Positions 40,603 through 54,150 are shown, counted from the first letter of the whole stretch. The stretch: 59,172 nt of DNA, filler included, from Stramenopiles sp. TOSAG23-2 (GCA_900128395.1; 4 parts of 4 records of this genome joined end to end with filler, not necessarily neighbours in it), one strand, 5' to 3'. Notes: generated from the letters alone by a model not told the origin. Numbers and translations are program-made.

Positions 40603-43600
40603 ATGAGTGAAACAACGGGTACAAAACGTTCTAGAGACGAAATGTCACAAGATGACACGTCCAATTCCGCCCCACCAACAAAAAAAGTAGTTGTAGCAGG
40701 TGATACAGCACCAGGGGTAGCACCACCAGCAGAGAAAGAAGCTGTCAACAAAATGGAAGGAAACGGAAATGTTGGTGTAGCAACTGTCAATGGCAGTCAA
40801 GCCCCAGCAACGCAGCAAGCACCAGCGCAAGACAGTGGCATTATAAACACGCAACCGTCGCAACCACAACGCCAGTTGTCGGAAAATACACGTTCATTGA
40901 TGACTTCAGAGAACTTGTTAAACGGCGGTGTTGTTCAAAATCCAGCACAAGTGGCTCAAAATCCATCGTTTATGGACACGGCTATTGGTGTTTCAATATC
41001 TCCTAGAGAAGTTGCGGCCAACCTTGGCGCCGCTAATAATGCCAATGCTCCTGGGGTATCACAATCTCAAATGCAGCAGTTGCAACAACTGCAATTACAA
41101 CAAATACAAATGCAACAAATGCAAATGCAGCAACGTCAGCAATTATTAGCACAATCACATACACAGCTTCAAGGTCAAACACAGCCTCAAATGGCTGGTA
41201 TGGGAATGCAAAATAACTTGAATCAACCTGGGATGATTGGTAGTGTTCCAAATGTAAATGGTGCTATGGTTAACAAACAAGCAGTAGCAACCGCGCAACA
41301 GCGACAAATGCAAAAGGTACAGCAACAACAAAAGAAAATGCCACAAAAATTAAAAGTAGAAGATGCATTGGCATATTTAGCAAAGGTAAAAGCGGAATTT
41401 GATCGAAAACCACATATTTATACAAAATTTTTAGATATTATGAAAAATTTTAAAGCGCATACGGTAGATACGCCTGGTGTCATTCAACAAGTCTCGCAAT
41501 TGTTCCGTGGCCACGATCAATTAATTTTAGGATTCAACACATTTTTGCCAGAGGAACAGCGAATTTCATTAGAACAATTAAAACGTATGAACAAGCAAGA
41601 GGAGGAAAAGAAAAAACAGCGTAAAAAAGCAGCAGCGCAACGTAAAGCGAAGAAAGAAAGAGAAAAGAAAAGAAATGAAAAAGCTGCACAAGATGCGAAG
41701 CGTAAACAGAAAGGTGGTGGTGGTGGTGGTGGTGGTGCCCAACCATTTGGATTTGATCATGCTATTTCATATGTAACGAAAATCAAGCGCAGGTTTGCTG
41801 AAAGGCCTGCAACATATCGTGAATTTCTGGATATTTTACACTTATACAAAGAGCAAGAGCAAAGCATCGAAGGTGTGCTTGATTCTGTTTCTGAATTGTT
41901 TAAAAACGAACCTGATTTATTGCGTGAGTTTGCATATTTCTTACCAGAAGCTGTACAAGAGCAAGCAAAAGCACGTTTAAACCTTGCTGTCAATTCATAC
42001 CGTGGACAAGGTAAGAAAGGAAAGAAAGGAAAAGGAAAGGGAAAGCAAGAAAAAGTGAAAAATACAAAAATTGCCACTTCAGAGAAGAAAAGTAAAGTGA
42101 AAGTTGTACTAAGAGAAGAGAAAAAAGAGGAGAAAAAAATGGTATTGCTTGAAAAACGCTTCTTTAAACGTATTAAAGCTGCATTGGGGCAACAAAATTT
42201 ATGGATGGAATTTTTAAAATGTTTGGAATTGTACTCTCGTGAAGTATTAAACAAAAACGAGTTTTTATCATTAGTTTCGGATATTTTAGGTGCCTTGCCA
42301 GGTGATGAAGGCGAGAAATACACTGATGAACTAGAAGCTGTTTTAGATAAACGTTTAACCAAAGCTGAGTTGGAAGATGAAACATGGTTATCGATGCCAG
42401 CAAGCGAAATTGATTTAAGCCACGCAAGGCGATCTACACCATCTTATCGTTGTTTACCTAAGAATTATCCAAGGCCAACATGTAGTATGCGCACAGCATT
42501 GTGTGATAGTGTATTGAATAATCAATGGATCTCAGTGCCAACGAGTAGTGAGGAGAATAATGGATTTAAGAATTTACGCCGAAATGTATTTGAAGAGAAA
42601 TTGTTTAAATGTGAAGATGATCGTTATGAAATCGACATGGTCATGGATGCAAATCGTGCGGCAATACGACGATTGATACCAATCAACGAAGAAATCCAAC
42701 GTTTACAAAGTTCCGGGCAACAACTATATCAATTCCGTTTAGATAAACGTGCGTTAGGTGTCATACATTTAAAGGCAATTGGTAGAGTATACGGAGATCA
42801 TGGAAACGAAGTGCTGGAATTATTACGCAAGAATCCAGCTGGTGCTGTACCGGTTATTCTTGCACGTTTACAAGAAAAAGCATTGGAATGGGGTAATTCA
42901 TTAAAAAGTTTAAATGAAAAATGGAAAGCAGTACTGGAAGATAATTATCAAAAGAGTTTAGACCATCGTTCGTATTATTTCAAAGCACAAGAAAGAAAAG
43001 CTATCATGGCCAAGACACTCTTACAAGAAATTAAAGTTTGTAAAGATCGTCTGAAACTTACGCCTGCGAAAAATCCAAATGCAATGAATGGCAATGATGG
43101 TAGCTTTCCATCCATAAATAATAGCAACAAACAAGGGACTACGGCAACTGTTGATGGAAGTGCTACTACTGATAATAGTGGCAGTGGTAGTACTACTACT
43201 ACTACCACCACCACTGCCACAAATGCAATTGCAGGGGGGAACGTAGATACGGGCAGTGATGAATTGAAACGTTTACACAAATTGAAAACCGATCCTCATA
43301 TACTACATGCATATCCAGATATTGAAGCACATCAAGATGCATTTAAAATTGTTTTACACGCTGCAACAAATGGACCAGAAGCATTAAATAAAGATGATAT
43401 TGCCGCGTTTGAAAATGTTTTCTCTTCAACAATATCGTCCTTCTTTGGCTTACCTGAAGGTTTTGCTTCAATTCAAACGATAAAGGCTTCTAAAGTCGCA
43501 GTCAAAGCAAAGAAAGCCTTGGCTGTTGGGACAGAAGTTTTTACACCGTTTGGAAAAGGCAAAGTAAAGGCATTTCATAGTGGTGAGACAAATACGCTTG

Positions 43601-44401
43601 CGCAGTGCTACGTTGTAGAATTGCCAGTTGGTGATGCATTTTTAGCTCCAGTCAATGTGAGCGCAAGTACTGATTTATCAGTTGCTACCAGTGGCTTATC
43701 ATTGCAAATGTTTGTTGGTAATGAATTGTATTTGTTTTTCCGTTTATACCAAATGTTATATGCGCGTTTGAGAAAGGCGAAAGAGTTATGTCGTAATTCT
43801 AGCACGTTGCAAAAAAGCCAAGTGAAACATTATTTAGATCGTAGCAAATACCCAAGCACACCTCGTAGTTTAAGCAATGATGGAATGAGCTCACCAAGAG
43901 CATCAGATGCCATGGATGTTGACGGTTCACCAAAACGCCGTTTGTCTGAATCGCCATTTGTACCATTAGCATCTCCATCAAACGCTGCTGAAGCCGCTGC
44001 ATCGCAGAAGAAAATGCAATTACAAAGCCGTACTTTGTATTATGACTTTTTACAATCTTTGTACAAGTTTTTAGATGAGTCTACTGATCAACAATCGTTT
44101 GAAGATCGTTGTCGTCAATTAATGGGAGCATCGACCGCTTCGTACATGATGTTTACATTAGACAAATTAGTACGCAATTTAGTTCGCCATGCAAATGAAA
44201 TTGTGAACAGTGAAGTATGTTCCTGCATGTTGGAATTGCATCAATACGAAATGGCTGCCTCGGCAATTGTACGAAAACGATACCTTGACAATAGCACATA
44301 TATATTAAATGGCGATCCAAATGAAAATTTATTTTTAGTTTCAAGTGAGGGTGGAAAATTGGCTAATTCTCCTCCTAAAGGTGGCACGCATGTTCCAGGA
44401 G
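40603..44401 (+). CDS. SIN3: SIN3 corepressor (3 PAH domains, HDAC-interaction domain, Sin3_C); 3'-truncated by the scaffold end
   Basis: LKVEDALAYLAKVK...YTKFLDIMKNFK...DTPGVI, FDHAISYVTKIKRRF, TPSYRCLP...VLNNQWISVPT, FKCEDDRYEID, KSLDHRS, FTLDKL. Confidence 0.95.
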
Positions 44402-44501
44402 NNNNNNNNNNNNNNNNNNNNNNNNNNNNNNNNNNNNNNNNNNNNTTAATTAATTAANNNNNNNNNNNNNNNNNNNNNNNNNNNNNNNNNNNNNNNNNNN
44501 N
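44402..44501. other. Artificial contig linker
   Basis: N44-TTAATTAATTAA-N44. Confidence 0.98.
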
Positions 44502-44554
44502 GTATAGACCTACTTGAAAAATGAGACGTTGCGATGTTAAATTTACACAATAAG

Positions 44555-45185
44555 TGTTAAAGAACAAAAGAAAATTGCAGAACAACAAGCAGAAAAGATG
44601 TATGCAGAACAAATCAAAGCTGTTGTTAATATGACTGCAGAAATCGAGGAGAAAGATAATGAGCAAAAGGAAGTTGAAAACAGGGAGTATGCTGTAGTAA
44701 ACCAACAGTTAGCAGAATTAAGACGCCACAATCAAGAAGTCTTCCGTCAAACGGAGGAAAAACAACGTATAGCTGAATTAAATTATAAACAGGCAGACCC
44801 ATTCCTAAATGAACATCGTACAACTGGTATTAGTGTCCTTGGTAGTGGACGTGTTAGACCTGATCATTGGAAAGGCATGACAACAAAACAATTACAAGAA
44901 ATATTTGAAATCCAAAAAGCACAAGCAGCAGCAAAATTAGAGGAGAAACGACGTAGAGAACAAGAAGAATTTGAATATGCACAATATGAAAGGGCTGTAT
45001 ATAACTTAACACAACAAGCAAATTTACAAGAGCAAGAATCTGCAAAAGAGGATCAATATGCTGTACGGGCTCATCAAGCAAAACAAATTGTTGAAAAGCA
45101 TGCACGTGATGCATTTATTAAAGAAGAACGTTCAGGAAAAATAACAGATGATTTCTTTAAAGCATTCGGTGCGTCACATAGATAA
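44555..45185 (+). CDS. RIB43A-like axonemal ribbon protein, 3' part (5' end lost at scaffold start)
   Basis: DPFLNE...GRVRPDHWKGMT..QL and C-terminal DDFFKAFGASHR are characteristic of RIB43A. The frame is open upstream of ATG 44598 to a possible AG acceptor at 44553-44554. Confidence 0.85.
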
Positions 45186-45393
45186 GTTCAACACATGCCA
45201 TTTACTTGTGCTTGATGCTACAATGTCTTTATATATATATATGAATGAAAAACAACTGTGAAAAATCTTTATCGAGATAATTTTAATAAAAATACTAAAC
45301 AAGGAGAGTAAAAGACTGAGACACTAAAAAGTATACGAGTTCGTAAATAAAACGTACGAGTAGGGGCATCTCATTAAATATAATATTCAGTCG

Positions 45394-45425
45394 TATCATA
45401 TCATATCATATCATATCATATCATA
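45394..45425. repeat. (TATCA)n microsatellite
   Basis: tatcatatcatatcatatcatatcatatcata. Confidence 0.9.
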
Positions 45426-45533
45426 TGCATATGATACACAAAAATTTACGAATACATGAGATATGAATATCGTTGTATATATACATAATATAATATATAT
45501 ATATTCGTACGAAGATCATATTTAATGCAGCTT

Positions 45534-48037
45534 TTACTTCTTCTTTTTTGAACCACTTCCACTACTAGTACCACTACCACTACTTTTCAAATCATATGTT
45601 GGATCCGGAAATGATTCATCATCATATCTATCACCATCATCCGAATCTGATGAAGATGAACTAGAATCACCCTCTGTTTTTTTACGTGGAAACAAAGGCG
45701 TTTTTTTATGATCAACCAAGGCAGCTATATGTGCAGACACGCATGTTGCTAAATTTTTACGATCAAGTTTGTAACGCACCATTTGGCCATATCCACCTTC
45801 AAGAACGGATACAACTTTTCCATCACAACAAATGTCAGCAATGTCTTGAATTTTTGATGCCGCCCAATAATAATCAGCTGGTCGTAAATCTAAACCACAA
45901 CCGCTTCTTGCCCCTATCGAGTGATTGCAATTGCCAACATCGTTTTCAGAACCATCAAAACCGGAAGATAAAAGTATCAATTCAGGGTTAAACGCTCGTA
46001 ATGCCGGTAAAAGCTTTTGCATCACCGTGTGTCTAAATTTATGACGTCCGCCAGATGTAATTGAACTAACACGAGGTTTTCCTTTTCCACGCCCAGATGA
46101 TGATGAGCTTTTATCACGTCTCCAAAGAGGTTTCATTGGCGCATTTACAATATTACGCAATAGAAAATCCATTTTTCCCGTGCCAGGGTAAAATTCATAG
46201 GATTTATTGCGATCGTATAAATGAATGGAAAAGAAAAACAATTTACTTGGATCATTAAACTTGTTAATAATTTCCTCCGTACCATTGCCATGGTGAACAT
46301 CAAAATCCAAAATAGCTACACGTTTCAAATTGTGCTCATCTAAAGCATGCAATGCACCAACAGCAATATTGTTAAATATGCAAAATCCACACGAAGTTGC
46401 ATTTTTTAACAGCCCACTTATACCAGCATGATGACCAGGCGGACGTACAGCACAGAATGCATTCCGATTTTGACCATTCAACACGCGGTCTACGGCATAA
46501 CAGACAGCACCAACTGCACGTCTAGCAGCTGCTAATGTACCCATTGAAAACGACGTATCGCAATTATCATCTTCCTTCACTTCGCCTTCTGAGACACCAC
46601 CGATACTTTTTTGCACTTTAGGCGTAAATGGAATGACAGCACCATCCTGTTTTACCTGTTTCGATAGATCATGTATAAATTTAATATACTGTGTCGAATG
46701 TACACGCAACAGTGATTTTACATTAGCACGATTAAAGTCAGAGGAATATTCAAGTGCTGATTTCGAATCAAAAAAATTTTGCTCTTCAATTTCTTTCATA
46801 ATTACATCGATTCTTTCCGGATGTTCCCACTCATCCTCTTTACGTGGCTCATGTTCTTGGCATTCAGGATGATGAACAAGCAATGTACGCCAAGATTCAT
46901 CATGCTGGTAAAATGCTGCGCGAATTTCAGTCCTTAATCTCTCCGCCGCCTTTCGATGTGACATTGTATCTGTGCGATGTTCCACTGCAGCAAGTTCAAT
47001 GGCATTTCTTCCCCATCTATTTCGCAATGATGCATCTGCATTACGTTTGAGCAAATATTGGACAGTTTCAACACGTCCTTCACAGCATGCTAGATGTAAC
47101 GGCGTGTTTCCATCGTCACCTTGTAAATTAATTTTACATCCTCGCTTTAAAAATTCTGCACATAACTCCATGTTTCCTTTTGCGGCTGCCCAGTGTAAAC
47201 AAGAATAACCTGCTTTATCGATATATTTTACAGATGCTTTATTGAGAAACAAAATTTTTACCATTTCTATAGGCACCTGTTTATGTGCATCATTTTTATT
47301 TGCTTTTTTTATTTGTTTAAAAAATTCTTCATTTAAAGACGCAGCCAATATTAATGGAGTATATCCGTATTCATCTGGATGGTTTATATAATCAGCAAGT
47401 GATAGATCCGATGCACCTGGCACTGATACTATATTCAGTTGTGGGCGACTACGTATAAATTCAACAGACATGGATGACTTAATATTTGACAAAGGTTTAC
47501 TTCTATTTATATTCAAAATTGCTTTTTTTAAAGCAGATGGTTTTCTAATTTCTAATGCTGGAATCGATGACATTGATAAGGACAATGGAGCCATGCCTTG
47601 CTTTGTTACATTATTTTCGGTTGCGCTTGTATTTGAGCCTCCATTCTTCTGGAGCGTATTAATGGAAGCAGAGGTATTGGTAATTGAAGTATTTTTGTTC
47701 TCAGGATCTTCTACTATATCTAAAATATTGGATACGCATTGTTCTACAGCAGTTTTATCATCAACGGCTTTTTTCTTTTCTTCTTCTTCAGCTTTCTCAA
47801 CATTAAAGATTACTGGCGGATGTTTCAATGGTCTAGAATTAAGTTTTGATAATTTAGAAAGCTTTTGATCATTATCAAATGTTTGCCTTTCTCTCCCTAA
47901 CATAAAATTGTTACCACCACTACCATTATTATTGATATTATTATCACTAATATCAGATGCTTTCTCTGTCTTTATATGTACATTATTAATATTTATATCT
48001 TTGATTGCTGTAGCAGTAGTGGTAATGGCGGCTGTTG

Positions 48038-48069
<32 letters not shown>

Positions 48070-49652
48070 GTTGTTGTTGTTGTTGTTGTCGTACTAGTAG
48101 TAGTTGCGGCGGTGGTGGAAGAGGACAAATTTGTTGCTGTTGGTGATGCACGTGGTGAGAATGCAACTTCACCTTTTGCTGTACGTATTGCGGTTGTCAA
48201 TCCACGAATATCTCCAGTCAATATACCTTCATGAATCATAGTTCGTTTTGCTGACATTTGTCGTAACGACCGTTGAGTGGCACGATAAGACTTATGTTTG
48301 TTACCTAAAAATATCGATCCATTTCCACTTTTTTTTTTATTATAGTTATTGTTGATGCCGACTTTTGCCATTTTATTTTTTTTTAACAATGCAACATGAC
48401 CTGCCCAAGGTGTTTCTGGAACGTTAGTACCAGCACCATTCTTACCAAAAACTTCTTCTTCACTTGGGCTACGGAGACCGATTAAACTTGGCTTGGGTCG
48501 TTTTTTTGAACCAGAAGAAGATGATGCATTGTCAACATTTCCAAAACTCTCTTCCTTGCTGCCAGATGCAGTTTTCTTCTTTCGTTTAACATTGTTGCTT
48601 CGTTTACCTTTTTTACTTGTACTTGCTGTGCCACTTTTTGCAAGTTCTAAATATTTTGAATCTGCCATAACTTCTTCATCCGTACTATTTCTAGACACTC
48701 TAGGTTTTGCCAGATTCTTTGCTCCTTTCTTATTATAAGTTAATTTTGATTTCTTTATAGCTTCGAATCCTGCCGATGTCCTGGATAAAAGTGCAGTTGC
48801 AGCAGGACTTCTTTTTAAATCAACTTTTTTGCTATCATTATTTTTTTTGCTAATTACATTACCTCCTTTTTTGCTCTTACCACTTCCTTTGGATTTTCCT
48901 TTATTTGTAGGTGTCATCGGCGGAATGTCATTATCTTTTCCTTTCTTGATACTACTCTTTCTCCCATCTTTCCGATCTATATTTGCAGCTTTCAATAAAC
49001 GTTGAAAATATTTTTGTGCATGAGTTCTAGTCTGTACAACGGTACGTGTACTTACAAGTTCTGCAACCTTTTTCCATTCTTTACCATACAATTCAAGGCC
49101 TTGTTTAAATAAATCGTGTTCGCGTTCCGTCCAACGACCAGTTGCAATAATTTTTGTACGTATCGCTTCATTTTGGTCCCAACGATTGTCATCTTTGATG
49201 TTATTGTCATTTTTCATATTGACTTTCATCTTCTTCATCTGATTGCTATTGCTGTCCCTCAATGACTCACTACTGCTGCTATTAGCGTTTGTTGTAGATG
49301 CTGGCGTTTTTCTTTTTCTTCCACCAATTCGTATTATAGTTTTGCCAGGACTATTTAACTTTGTTTTTATTGTTGGACCTTTTTCTGCCATACTATTCTT
49401 CTTATGGGTACCAGAGGATGGTGGTGGTGATGTATTCGATACTGTTGATGAGGAAGATGCAGTTTTAACAACAGAAATATTTTCATTTGCTGCATTTTTT
49501 GGGTTGTTTCCACCTTGTTCCTGGTTAGACATTTCATTTATATAATTATTTCGGTCGTTATTGTTATTACTATTATTAAATTTCAACCGTAACAAATCAC
49601 TACCAGTACCTGTTGATATGGTTTTCTCTTTGTCCGGAGCAGGTTTCGACAT
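45534..49652 (-). CDS. SHAQKYF-type Myb + ankyrin repeats + class II histone deacetylase fusion
   Basis: Myb: GRWTEREHDLFKQGLELYGKEWKKVAELVSTRTVVQTRTHAQKYF. ANK: GYTPLILAA, GYSCLHWAA, GNTPLHLAC. HDAC: EHPERI, RPPGHHAG, GFCIFNN, DFDVHHGNG, SGFD, LEGGY. Confidence 0.92.
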
Positions 49653-49912
49653 ATTTATACGCTATAGTTCAATCTTTAATATTTGCACTTCTGATGGAAT
49701 ATTATCAAGAGATTCTATGTATGCGCATATATCTATATACATTGGATAATGCATTAGAATATTTTCCAAGATTTTGTTTGTTGTAATGTATATACATAAA
49801 AGGACTTCTGTAGTATTATAATTAGTTCTATAGTATATCCATTTTGCACATGTATGCATGATCTTGAGATGACGTATAGAGTTGTTCTCTATAAATCCAG
49901 CATGGACATAGC

Positions 49913-49947
49913 ACTTGAAAACCAAAGATACTTGAAAACCAAAGATA
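49913..49947. repeat. 17-bp tandem repeat
   Basis: acttgaaaaccaaagat x2. Confidence 0.85.
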
Positions 49948-50425
49948 ATATCTTTACATATTATAAATCTTAAATTTTTTGATGTTAAAAAGTATAACTT
50001 TGTGCCTTAATACAAATATATAGGTAATGAAAGTATACATGACTGTTATACATAATCTACCATAATTTACATCAAAATTATGGTGGATAAGGGGTATTTT
50101 ACAGTACTGAAAATGTGATATAAGCTAGAATGCTTAAGGAAAATGAACTCCAGAAACCCTCATTAGCATCATCAGATAGGAAGAGTTCTTCCACCTGAGT
50201 ATACGTATGCTGTACTCGCTGTAATTTATGTTTTATTTGTTCATTTTTACATTAAAAAATACAACAGTGTACTGTATTATTTTATATTTTTTCATATTTT
50301 AAATTTAAAAATAGCGCATGAAATATGTGTATGTTATAAAAATTTTTAGATTCAAAAAATCAAAATTATATAGCTCTAAATTAAGCAAAAGTTGAAATTG
50401 TTACTTCTCAAATACAGACTCATAT

Positions 50426-50429
<4 letters not shown>

Positions 50430-50464
<35 letters not shown>
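50430..50464. repeat. (CA)n microsatellite
   Basis: Long CA run just past the DDB1 stop codon. Confidence 0.95.
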
Positions 50465-50468
<4 letters not shown>

Positions 50469-50478
50469 CGCAATAAAA

Positions 50479-53400
50479 TCAATGTAAACGTGTTAAATCT
50501 TCCACCAATTTGCTAACAATATCTACAGTCAATTTATCACCTCCATCATTGACACTACTACCACTGCTACTTTTGTTACCTTCACTGTTTTTACCAGCAT
50601 CGCGATTAGCAATCATGGAATCTACAATTTTACTCATTTCATCTTTACCTAAATCTAAAAATCGTTCGATCAAATCACCATCGATGAAATTTTTAGATGC
50701 ACTAGTTTTATCAGGAATATTTCTTTCATTGCAAAATGCACGCCATTGACTATGTGAAAATCCACCAACACCATTAATTACTTCATTTAATGCATTTTGC
50801 AACCGATGCAATAAATCAAATTGATTTTTTGTTAAATTTGCCAATGCAGAAATCGAACCAGATACAGTAGCAAAAAGCATTGTTGGTCTGATGTTGATCA
50901 TACTTGATGCAGTTGATATATCTGTATCATCATCAACATCCATACTATTACTACTAGAGCCATTGTCATTACCGATGTCGCTATTGCTATTACTATTGCT
51001 ATTACTACCACTGCTTTTATTATTATTACCAGCACCTTTAACATTTTCCATCGGTTGCATCACTAAGGAACCGTCTTGGAAACAATTTACAAATTCACCT
51101 AAATGGTATTCACCTGTAATTTCTAATCTTCCTCGTTCTTCTTCACTAGTTGCAGTACTATTCTTCTTTGCGACAAATAGATTAAAAGCATGTTCTGCAC
51201 CAATAAACGTATCGTCGTCTATTATACCTATTGCCGTCATCCAATTTGCATTGAAATCTCTAGCTATTTCTTCAATCATTCCTTCCAATGGCTTGTAAAC
51301 ACACAATGAGATAGATTTCATCAAATCTCCAACTAAGATAAAATCACCACGTGTTTGTAAATACAATGCTAAAATATGCCCATGCAAACCACATTTACTA
51401 TTTAATTCTTTTGGTACGTCTACACCTTCATCTGTATTACTCCATTCATACAATTGTATTTTACTATTTACACCGGCAAGTAAATTTCCATTAAACGATT
51501 TCAATGTATATACTGCACCAGGTGTATCAGCTTGTGCGACTAATTCCAAACGTTTTACGTTAATATTATTTGAATCTTCATCTGTTATAATGGTAGTAGT
51601 CGTAGTGGATGAATTATTATTATTAGAGGATTCGGTGGAATCAAAACTAGATACTTTAAAAACTAATATGCGCCCTCTTGATGGTTCTGGTTCATCTTCC
51701 AATGCATATGCAGTACCAACAACAAAATATTCCGTCGTTTCATCACCTTTGAACACGCACTTTGTTACTGATATTCCTTGTTCAAAATCATCCAAAGTAA
51801 AACTATCTACAATATCAAAAGTTTGCTCATCCATTAATCGTATATAATTCATCTCGATTTCTTCCCCATTCGTACTTTCATCTACTTGAAATCGATTGGT
51901 AACAATTGCAAATGCACCATATTGTTCACTATGGCAAATTCGTCTTGGTTGTTCATTCAATGGCACAGTCCTGACGTGTAATTTTTGGATTTCATCTAAG
52001 GTACCAATACACATTTCATCCTCCGATGCTAATGCAAGGCAATCTTCAAAATCTTCCGTATTAAATGGACAAACCACATTCACATCATTACGATTGACAC
52101 TGCTATAATGCACTTTGCCATTGCTGCTATATACTACAACAGGACGATCGCATCCTGCAAAAACATGTTGTGAATTCTTTGAACGAAATGTGGTTAAATT
52201 AATTGGTTGTGTACCAAGTGCAATTTTTTTCCTATTCGTCAATTCTCCAGAAGTTGAATCACACATAAAACGAACTAAATTGCCATCCCCTAAACCGACA
52301 AGTAAATGTGCTGCATTGTCAAATGTCGTCAATAATACAGATCTAGCAATTGTATCACCACTAAGACGGCATTGCTGTAAAATTTCTAACTTTGGTAAAT
52401 TTAAAATGTGTACACTCATATCATTCCACGTTCCAATGACACCAATATCAGCCTTTGTAGTATTATTGTTATTATTATTACCAGATGAGAATGTTAATGG
52501 GGAAATATCAATGCATGAAACTTCATTATCCAATGTTGCTTCATTTATTTCCTTTAAATTATTGCCACTATCATCCATTTCAAGTAAAATAATTTTTCCA
52601 CCACCTAATGCAAGTAATATATTCAACGGATTAGCAGCTGCAACTGTTATACGTTTATTATCGGCTGGTGGAGACCATTTTGTAACCAATTTTAACGTTT
52701 CACCATTAGCAATATTAACAGAATTTTCACTCACTTGTACAATATTTGTTCCAAGCATATTAGCACATACCAATGTACGCGTAGTACAATCAAATGCTTC
52801 GACTTCCACTTCTTCCATGGTTTGATCCTCTAAACCAAGTACACGAGTTTCTCCACGGAAAGTCATAACTAAATATTTATCAAACGCTGCAGTTAAAGAT
52901 GGTTTTAACGCCCATAAACCTTTAATACCATCCATTTCGATAGCTGCTTGTTCATTGATACCAATACCATTGCGAATAATTCGCAATGACCCATCTTTAA
53001 ATGCACCACTACAGGTAACAACTTGCCCACGCCCTTGATTCTCTAAATCAACAACGCAGAAATCCACAATAGGTCCTAAATTTTGATATAAATCAAGGAT
53101 TTCAACAAATGAACGTGTTTCTGGATTTCTTTCTTCCAATAAACGAACAAGTTGGGAATCACCAAATCCACTACCAACATGTACAACGCCAGAATCAAGG
53201 TAAACAATCGTGGAAGGAATACTCGTTACGCCTAGACGATCGATGTCTAAACCGCTCATTATACCATTATTTGATCTTAATACCAAAACCCAAAGACATC
53301 CTAAATGATCGCCTAATAAATATCTTGAACCATCCGCATCAATTTTTCCACTTGCACGCCAAACGACACTTGGTGTAGATAAGGATATTGGATTTTGACC

Positions 53401-54138
53401 ATTATGATAAGTTATGGATTGTTGACCAAGGATTAAGACACCACCACCAGTTGCCGTAGGCACTGGAACCAAAATCGATGCACCGGATTCAACATTTGGT
53501 TGATTCCAAGGACCTTCTACAAATTCTTTCCGATTTAATATAATTTTATATGTTTTCACATGACGTCGTTGTTTTCCATCTTCAAATAAAACACATACAG
53601 TTGGTACGGAGGTTCCATGTAAAAAGCACATATCAATGATTTGTAATTCTTCCAAACGAACGTTAAACGCCTCTTGTACTTTACCATCCTTTTCCAATGG
53701 AACGACTTTAAATAGACCATCATATAAATGCAATCCAATTAAACGGCACGATGGATCAACAATGCCTATTTGACCACCTTCAGTTGCCCGTCCAATAACA
53801 TCACGTACATTACCAGACGAGTGTGTACGTATGGTGCCTGTTTTAGTATCATAGCGTAATACACATACATCATATCGCTCAGTTAAAATGAATAATAATT
53901 CTTGTCCATTATTTCCTGATGTTGGGGTATATAACTCTAACGCAGCCACACGCCCATACAATGGAATTTCTAATATTGGTTGTAAACCTTCTTCAGTAAT
54001 TTTGGATAATTCTAACAGCGTACCCTTAGCGACTATTAAATTTAACTCATCTTTGCTTGTAAATCTACCACGTATCGCATGTGTCACCGCCGTTGGTTTC
54101 TGCGCCGTCACTACATAATTATAAGTTACATCCGTCAT
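50479..54138 (-). CDS. DDB1: DNA damage-binding protein 1 (CUL4 adaptor)
   Basis: YNYVVTAQKPTAV, NLGPIVDFCVVDLENQGRGQVVTCSGAFKDGSLRIIRNGIGI, DEIQKLHVRTVPL, FIDGDLIERFLDL, VEDLTRLH. Confidence 0.97.
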   Translation of the reverse strand: MTDVTYNYVVTAQKPTAVTHAIRGRFTSKDELNLIVAKGTLLELSKITEEGLQPILEIPLYGRVAALELYTPTSGNNGQELLFILTERYDVCVLRYDTKTGTIRTHSSGNVRDVIGRATEGGQIGIVDPSCRLIGLHLYDGLFKVVPLEKDGKVQEAFNVRLEELQIIDMCFLHGTSVPTVCVLFEDGKQRRHVKTYKIILNRKEFVEGPWNQPNVESGASILVPVPTATGGGVLILGQQSITYHNGQNPISLSTPSVVWRASGKIDADGSRYLLGDHLGCLWVLVLRSNNGIMSGLDIDRLGVTSIPSTIVYLDSGVVHVGSGFGDSQLVRLLEERNPETRSFVEILDLYQNLGPIVDFCVVDLENQGRGQVVTCSGAFKDGSLRIIRNGIGINEQAAIEMDGIKGLWALKPSLTAAFDKYLVMTFRGETRVLGLEDQTMEEVEVEAFDCTTRTLVCANMLGTNIVQVSENSVNIANGETLKLVTKWSPPADNKRITVAAANPLNILLALGGGKIILLEMDDSGNNLKEINEATLDNEVSCIDISPLTFSSGNNNNNNTTKADIGVIGTWNDMSVHILNLPKLEILQQCRLSGDTIARSVLLTTFDNAAHLLVGLGDGNLVRFMCDSTSGELTNRKKIALGTQPINLTTFRSKNSQHVFAGCDRPVVVYSSNGKVHYSSVNRNDVNVVCPFNTEDFEDCLALASEDEMCIGTLDEIQKLHVRTVPLNEQPRRICHSEQYGAFAIVTNRFQVDESTNGEEIEMNYIRLMDEQTFDIVDSFTLDDFEQGISVTKCVFKGDETTEYFVVGTAYALEDEPEPSRGRILVFKVSSFDSTESSNNNNSSTTTTTIITDEDSNNINVKRLELVAQADTPGAVYTLKSFNGNLLAGVNSKIQLYEWSNTDEGVDVPKELNSKCGLHGHILALYLQTRGDFILVGDLMKSISLCVYKPLEGMIEEIARDFNANWMTAIGIIDDDTFIGAEHAFNLFVAKKNSTATSEEERGRLEITGEYHLGEFVNCFQDGSLVMQPMENVKGAGNNNKSSGSNSNSNSNSDIGNDNGSSSNSMDVDDDTDISTASSMINIRPTMLFATVSGSISALANLTKNQFDLLHRLQNALNEVINGVGGFSHSQWRAFCNERNIPDKTSASKNFIDGDLIERFLDLGKDEMSKIVDSMIANRDAGKNSEGNKSSSGSSVNDGGDKLTVDIVSKLVEDLTRLH

Positions 54139-54150
54139 GCTTTTTTTTTT

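Noticed and set aside
44502-44554. Possible intron at the start of the RIB43A fragment as a fourth introner copy
   Set aside because: It lacks CTAAC and the shared ttcatac/gctccac block, and is cut by the scaffold edge.
40603-49652. Apparent chromatin-repression cluster (SIN3 next to the Myb-ANK-HDAC gene and DDB1)
   Set aside because: SIN3 is on a different scaffold, separated by an artificial linker. Scaffolds are ordered by length (14792, 14733, 14676, 14671 bp), so the adjacency is meaningless.
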